DNA from: Bacteroidota bacterium
GTDB taxonomy: Bacteria; Bacteroidota; Ignavibacteria; Kapaibacteriales; UBA2268
NCBI GenBank assembly: GCA_021780815.1
Contig: JAJXYC010000015.1
Location: forward strand, 209,796 to 273,795
Direction: 5' to 3'
Length of the DNA stretch: 64,000 bases
This document shows, one piece after another, positions 59,235 through 64,000 of this stretch (position 1 is the stretch's first letter; every line of letters starts with the position of its first letter). Made by a program: the position numbers and the translations under genes. The notes below the pieces were generated by a model. That model was not told where the DNA came from, made no database searches, and was given only the letters and a program-made list of their open reading frames with translations.

Positions 59235-60440
59235 TTAACAAGGATTGTGAAATGGAGTATACACCCTATTGAGTTCTAATTTACCCAATATTTTATTTTT
59301 ATACATTTCTTTAATTTTATAAGCGGCTTGACTCATATCTTCGGTCTTTATTCCTGCTTGGCAGGAATGCCATACTTCTAAAAATGCAGAGAGATGATCT
59401 GCCGCACGAATTAATTGTCCATCATAAGGATTAAATTCATCTTTATTGTAATATTCATTCATCTCTTCAACTGAATTGATAATTTGTATATTTCCATCTT
59501 TTTGAATTTTATTATCAAATTCATTTTCGACAAAATATTTAATTTCATCAATCCACGAATTTTCTATAAGTGGATAAATTTCATTTTCAGCAAGTTGTTT
59601 TTCAAGAGATTTTATTAAATCATCAAGTTCTTGCGAAGATGATTTCACCGGAGATATAATATCTCTTGTTACTGCTTCTGGCAAATCATGAAAAAGTCCA
59701 CCCCAAAAAGCATTATAAAGCCTTTTGGAAGATGAATTATTCTCTCTTGCAAAATAATATGAAATCATAGCAACTAATAAAGAATGACCTAATACAGAAG
59801 TTTTCGGCACTCTTGGTATTTGTGCCCATCTGTATTGAAATCGTAAATAGCCAAATAAATCAACAAAATTTGAAATAGTATGATGTTGCATTAATTTTTG
59901 TATCCCAATTAAATCCTCGTACGGAACAATGCGATTATTCAATTCTGTTCGTATTCTATCAGTCTGATAATTATTCGGATTGGCAAGTTCAATAATTTTA
60001 AATTCCCATAATGAAGCATATATATGCGAGGCTGATAAAATTCTATCGCTTTCATCTTTATCTCCCGTCTTAGAAAATAAAAATTCTCGAAATTCTTCAC
60101 GTAATTCAGAACTTTCAATAATGCCATTTAACTTATTGTATATGTATTCATTTAATTTTTGGAAAACTTTTTGATTCTTGCGAATTTCAGCATAAATCGG
60201 AGACTTAATATCAGATATTACAATTCTCCGAAAAAGTTCAAAGATACCTTTTTGGATTATACTTACCCAGTCTATAGTCTGTCCGTGACTCTCCTCATAT
60301 TTCCCTAAAATATAAGCAATTAGCATCTTGTGGCTATGCTTATCTATTTCAATTAAATCCATCGGTCTAATTCTATCGTTCCATCGTTGAATATGGAAAC
60401 CACGAAAAATTTCATTTAAAAGAGTATAATTTATCAACAT
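59235..60440 (-). CDS. Tandem HD-domain protein (YfbR-like 5'-nucleotidase fold duplicated; N-terminal copy degenerate, C-terminal copy with intact H...HD)
   Basis: Two RW...R...HS blocks. The second has LGHSLLVAMISYYFA...FHDLPEAVTRDI (intact metal ligands). The first has SD in place of HD. Confidence 0.55.
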   Translation of the reverse strand: MLINYTLLNEIFRGFHIQRWNDRIRPMDLIEIDKHSHKMLIAYILGKYEESHGQTIDWVSIIQKGIFELFRRIVISDIKSPIYAEIRKNQKVFQKLNEYIYNKLNGIIESSELREEFREFLFSKTGDKDESDRILSASHIYASLWEFKIIELANPNNYQTDRIRTELNNRIVPYEDLIGIQKLMQHHTISNFVDLFGYLRFQYRWAQIPRVPKTSVLGHSLLVAMISYYFARENNSSSKRLYNAFWGGLFHDLPEAVTRDIISPVKSSSQELDDLIKSLEKQLAENEIYPLIENSWIDEIKYFVENEFDNKIQKDGNIQIINSVEEMNEYYNKDEFNPYDGQLIRAADHLSAFLEVWHSCQAGIKTEDMSQAAYKIKEMYKNKILGKLELNRVYTPFHNPC

Positions 60441-60560
60441 TTTTTTTCAAATTTTGTATTTTAGTAAATGTTTTTAATTTCTTTTTCATTTTTTAAGTAA
60501 AAGAATGATTAAACATAAAAATATTATATTATAATTTGAATTAATCAGGGAAATAATTGT

Positions 60561-61982
60561 ATGCCCCAGGACAAATTGCTACTTATTGATGATGATTTAA
60601 TGATAGTTAAACTATATGAAAAATATTTTGCAAAGCATTTTACCGTTGTAACAGCTAATTCTGCCGAAGAAGCAACGAGTTTAATTAACAAAGGATATAT
60701 TCCCGACGTTGTATTATCCGATAATTTAATGCCTGGTGAAACAGGCAGCGATTTCCTTCATAAATTATCTCAAACTCATCCCGATACAATTAGAATTTTA
60801 ATGACTGCTGAAACTGATACACAAAAATTAATACACCTTGTGCAGCACGCTAAAGCGTTTATGTTCCTAACTAAACCTATCCGTGAACTTGACTTAATTC
60901 AAGCAATCAATATTGCTTTTAAGCACTTTAAATGCCAAAGCAAAAATAAAGAAATACTATCAAAAAATGTTAACCCTCATAAATCTGAAACAAATTTACA
61001 CCACGAACAACATAACGAAGGACCACTTAATGAAAGCAGCAATATGATGTTTAAAACTTTTATTAAGTTCAGTACCTTTAGAGGGAATTATTACTATAGT
61101 CACTTCGAGAAGATTTTAAAAATGTCTAAGCATTTTGTTGATGATTTAAAACTAAACAATTCTGTTTTACAGAATGTATTCAGCATAGAAATTATGTATT
61201 CTATGATGATGCAATCTTTCCCATTCAGATTAGCTTACAAAGACCCATACGAATTAGATGAACAAGACAGGAATTCTTATATCAAGCGTTTTAATGATTT
61301 TTTACAAATATCCTTTAAAAATTCTTTATTGAAAGAAAATGACCCGTTTGCACAAATTTGGGAACATTTTGATGGAACCGGTTTACCTAATCAAATCAAA
61401 GGTATGGACATCCGTATAGAAGCACAAATTTTCCAACTTTGCAACTTATATTTTCACAAAATATATGAATTACCTAATAGTGACTTAATTAACCGTTTTC
61501 AAGTTACTCAATATCCCTATAAATATGAAGCATCTTTTGATAAAATGAAAAATGCACAAAAATATTTATTTGACAAACAAAAATGGTTCAATCCAGAAGT
61601 TTTTAATATCTTTCGGTATGCAATTAAAGAAAATAGAAATGAACTGTTTTTACCAATACGAGAAAACAAATCTGTTGAAAATTTAATGTATTTCCCAGAG
61701 TTTGAAATGATAATGAAAGAATTGAACCAGTTCAAAGAATCACAAGAATCAGCAGCTGAAATTGTTACAGAAAATGACGGAACATTTGCATTAAAATCTT
61801 TGCCTCCTAATCATTTGGCAGTTGGTATGGTTATTAATCAAAATTTATATACAAAAAGTGGTGTACCAGTTGCAAAATCTGGGACTAAAATTACAACAAC
61901 TTTATTAGAGAATATTTTAACTATGAATGAAAAAAAGCAATTAAAAGATGTGGAAACAATTGATGTAAAAATTCCAGTATAA
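60561..61982 (+). CDS. Response regulator with a REC domain fused to a degenerate HD-GYP-like domain and an about 90-aa C-terminal domain of unknown type
   Basis: REC motifs (LLIDDD, phospho-acceptor LSDNLMPGETG, T/K residues). The middle region WEHFDGTGLPNQIKGMDIRIEAQIFQLCNLY aligns to the HHE.DGSGYP.GL block of HD-GYP with substitutions, and an upstream HD equivalent is not evident. Confidence 0.5.
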   Translation: MPQDKLLLIDDDLMIVKLYEKYFAKHFTVVTANSAEEATSLINKGYIPDVVLSDNLMPGETGSDFLHKLSQTHPDTIRILMTAETDTQKLIHLVQHAKAFMFLTKPIRELDLIQAINIAFKHFKCQSKNKEILSKNVNPHKSETNLHHEQHNEGPLNESSNMMFKTFIKFSTFRGNYYYSHFEKILKMSKHFVDDLKLNNSVLQNVFSIEIMYSMMMQSFPFRLAYKDPYELDEQDRNSYIKRFNDFLQISFKNSLLKENDPFAQIWEHFDGTGLPNQIKGMDIRIEAQIFQLCNLYFHKIYELPNSDLINRFQVTQYPYKYEASFDKMKNAQKYLFDKQKWFNPEVFNIFRYAIKENRNELFLPIRENKSVENLMYFPEFEMIMKELNQFKESQESAAEIVTENDGTFALKSLPPNHLAVGMVINQNLYTKSGVPVAKSGTKITTTLLENILTMNEKKQLKDVETIDVKIPV

Positions 61983-62109
61983 GCTTGCTATTTTGATTTT
62001 ATGGTAATTTCTTTAAACCATGAACAAAATAAAATTTAATATTCGTTCAATATTTGTTAATTTGCATAATTCAAAAATAAGAATAAGTAAATATTAAAAA
62101 CAATAAATT

Positions 62110-62907
62110 ATGGTTGAAACAATTTATAATGCGACAGTAATTGGAAAAATTCTTTTAACACCAGATTTAATGATTTTAAGGTTAAAAACAGATACGCCCA
62201 GAAATGAATTCAAAGCAGGACAATACACAACAATAGGATTGCTTGCCAAAGAAGCACGTTCTACAAATTCATCTGTACCAATAGAAGAATTTGAGCCTGA
62301 CTTTTTAATTAAAAGACCTTATTCTATTGCTTCAGCAAAAAATGACATACGAGACTTTGAATTTTATATTAGCCAAGTGAAATCTGGTCAGCTCACTCCG
62401 AGACTTTTCAACTTAAGTCAAGGTGATAGAATGTGGATTGACGATAAAATCCTTGGTATTTTCTCGCTAAATGATACTCCAAAAAATAATAATATCGTAA
62501 TGATTGCTACGGGAACTGGACTTGCACCATACATTAGTTTTTTACGTTCTCATATTGCCGAACACCCTGAAATTAAAATGGCTGTTATTCACGGAGCCGC
62601 TTATCCTTGGGATTTAGGTTATTATAGCGAACTTTCTTTTATCCAAAATGTCTTCAAAAATTTCTTCTACTTCCCTACTTTACTTAAAGCAGATAACAAT
62701 TGGACTGGCTTACGTGGATATATAGAAGAACATTTAAAAAATGGAATTTTAGAAGATGTCGGAATTGAAGTTAATCCAGAAAAAACACATTTCTTCTTAT
62801 GTGGTAACCCAAAAATGGTAGATAGCGTTACAGACTTTCTTGCTCTAAATAATTATACAAAACATCAATCTATGTGCCCTGGTGCTTTACATATTGAAGA
62901 ATATTAA
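62110..62907 (+). CDS. Ferredoxin-NADP(+) reductase-like oxidoreductase (FNR family; FAD-binding and NAD(P)-binding domains)
   Basis: RPYSIAS (FAD-binding), MIATGTGLAPYISF (NAD(P) glycine-rich motif) and a C-terminal FLCGNPKMV. Confidence 0.75.
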   Translation: MVETIYNATVIGKILLTPDLMILRLKTDTPRNEFKAGQYTTIGLLAKEARSTNSSVPIEEFEPDFLIKRPYSIASAKNDIRDFEFYISQVKSGQLTPRLFNLSQGDRMWIDDKILGIFSLNDTPKNNNIVMIATGTGLAPYISFLRSHIAEHPEIKMAVIHGAAYPWDLGYYSELSFIQNVFKNFFYFPTLLKADNNWTGLRGYIEEHLKNGILEDVGIEVNPEKTHFFLCGNPKMVDSVTDFLALNNYTKHQSMCPGALHIEEY

Positions 62908-62912
62908 CAAAT

Positions 62913-63566
62913 TTGATTACTATGCTACTTTTAAATAAAAAATATACAAAACAATCTTTTATTTTTCTTTTTATCCTTTTTTCATTCCAACTTTTGAATA
63001 GTTGTATTTTTGTCAAGATGAAAGAAAAAACTGAAGAACATATCTCCGTTGATGTTATACAAAAACCTGAAATACCTATGAATGATGAAATTTTACGGTC
63101 AGCCAAAGGAGATATGATTAGTTTAATTCCTAAAAATTGGTTCTTTGTAGATTTAGCAGAAGACACTCCAAAAGATGTCTTTGCAATCGCTGTTAATCCC
63201 TCATATACACTTTCTTTGATTTTTTCAGGTTACCCAACTAATGAACTTTATGATGGAATTTATAAAGAACAAAAACTAATTGGGCTAGCAAATGCCTCTT
63301 TTGATAGAAAACAAAAGAAAGCCGGCGGGTCTTTAATTAAAGCAAATAAAATTTATAACTTTAATTCAGGAAATCTAGAATTTGTTGTCTTTCGTTATAG
63401 AACTAAAACTCAACCTATGAATTCAGTTAATGCCATCTTTAAATCTTCAATTGGCAATATTTATGAAATCAGTCTTGTTCCAATGAACCTATCAGGAATT
63501 TCTCTACCAACAGAAGATGAAATGAATAGGATTTTTAATTCTATTCTTTCAACAGTTAAATATTAA
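62913..63566 (+). CDS. Hypothetical lipoprotein
   Basis: Signal peptide with lipobox LLNSC. I recognise no other motifs. Confidence 0.4.
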   Translation: MITMLLLNKKYTKQSFIFLFILFSFQLLNSCIFVKMKEKTEEHISVDVIQKPEIPMNDEILRSAKGDMISLIPKNWFFVDLAEDTPKDVFAIAVNPSYTLSLIFSGYPTNELYDGIYKEQKLIGLANASFDRKQKKAGGSLIKANKIYNFNSGNLEFVVFRYRTKTQPMNSVNAIFKSSIGNIYEISLVPMNLSGISLPTEDEMNRIFNSILSTVKY

Positions 63567-63633
63567 AAAGTTACAAAAAAAATACAAAAGATATATAACC
63601 AAATAAACACTTTAATTTGTAGATTAAAATTAA

Positions 63634-63664
63634 ATAACCTTGTATAAATCATACAAGGTTATTT
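63634..63664. terminator. Bidirectional terminator between the lipoprotein gene (+) and the fabH-like gene (-)
   Basis: AATAACCTTGTA-TAAATCA-TACAAGGTTATT 12-bp perfect stem. Confidence 0.55.
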
Positions 63665-63721
63665 TAATCAATAATCAACTAAAATTCTAATGTTTAAAGT
63701 GTTATTACTTTTCTAAAATTT

Positions 63722-64000
63722 TTATTGGACTTTATAAAGCAAAGCATTTATATTCATACCTGCACCAACAGATGCAAATGCTAAATAATCCCCAGAATTA
63801 ATTTTATGTTCAGGCATTTCTTGGCGAAAAAGTTTATCATAAAGAATCGGTAAAGTAGCAACAGAATTATTTCCAAGATATGAAATTGTCATCGGCATTA
63901 TGTTCTCGGGAATTTCTTTGATATTATACAATTTCAGAAGCCTTGATAATATAGCATCATCCATTTTACCATTTGCTTGATGTATTAATACTTTTTTAAT
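63722..64000 (-). CDS. fabH: 3-oxoacyl-ACP synthase III (FabH)-like, C-terminal part; the gene continues past the window end
   Basis: The reading frame stays open to position 64000. The translated C-terminus contains HQANGKM (His-Asn catalytic region) and GNNSVATLPIL...FASVGAGMN, which is typical of KAS III. Confidence 0.7.
   Translation of the reverse strand: MKKVLIHQANGKMDDAILSRLLKLYNIKEIPENIMPMTISYLGNNSVATLPILYDKLFRQEMPEHKINSGDYLAFASVGAGMNINALLYKVQ

Noticed and set aside
59195-59245. TTCACAAT…ATTGTGAA 8-bp inverted repeat between hydG and the HD gene as a terminator
   Set aside because: The stem is short and AT-rich with a 22-nt loop, and it partly overlaps the HD-gene stop. It is too weak to call confidently.
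1-64000. CRISPR arrays, transposases/integrases, prophage genes, toxin-antitoxin pairs
   Set aside because: No periodic repeat-spacer structure and no ORFs with transposase (DDE) or integrase signatures were seen. The only tandem repeats are the short ones reported above.

Overview
This is a low-GC (about 30%), gene-dense bacterial chromosomal window with no tRNA or rRNA genes, CRISPR arrays, transposases or integrases that I can see. Most of it is housekeeping: pantothenate ligase (panC), ftsK-pth, RNase R with riboflavin synthase (rnr-ribE), rsmB, ybaB-recR, pdxA, purB, an Mla lipid-transport operon, amt, HtrA, and a two-component system beside a czcCBA-type heavy-metal RND efflux operon. 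The interesting content is a strong type IX secretion (T9SS) signature. A 1355-aa C25 (gingipain/PorU-like) peptidase sits immediately upstream of a PorV-like outer-membrane protein, and a second, 1776-aa C25 paralog lies divergent from an S8 subtilisin. At least five large secreted proteins here (two C25 peptidases, the S8 peptidase, an endonuclease-I-family nuclease and a fibronectin-III-repeat protein) end in T9SS-type C-terminal sorting domains. Other notable features are two proteins with degenerate c-di-GMP domains (GAF plus degenerate GGDEF; REC plus degenerate HD-GYP next to a tandem-HD protein), an orphan [FeFe]-hydrogenase maturase HydG, a PspA/YbjN coupled pair, an N-terminal STAS extension on MlaE, and a recurring GGCTGTC palindromic terminator motif at three convergent gene junctions. 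I found no clear-cut novel defence or mobile system in this window. The findings below are candidates with stated uncertainty.
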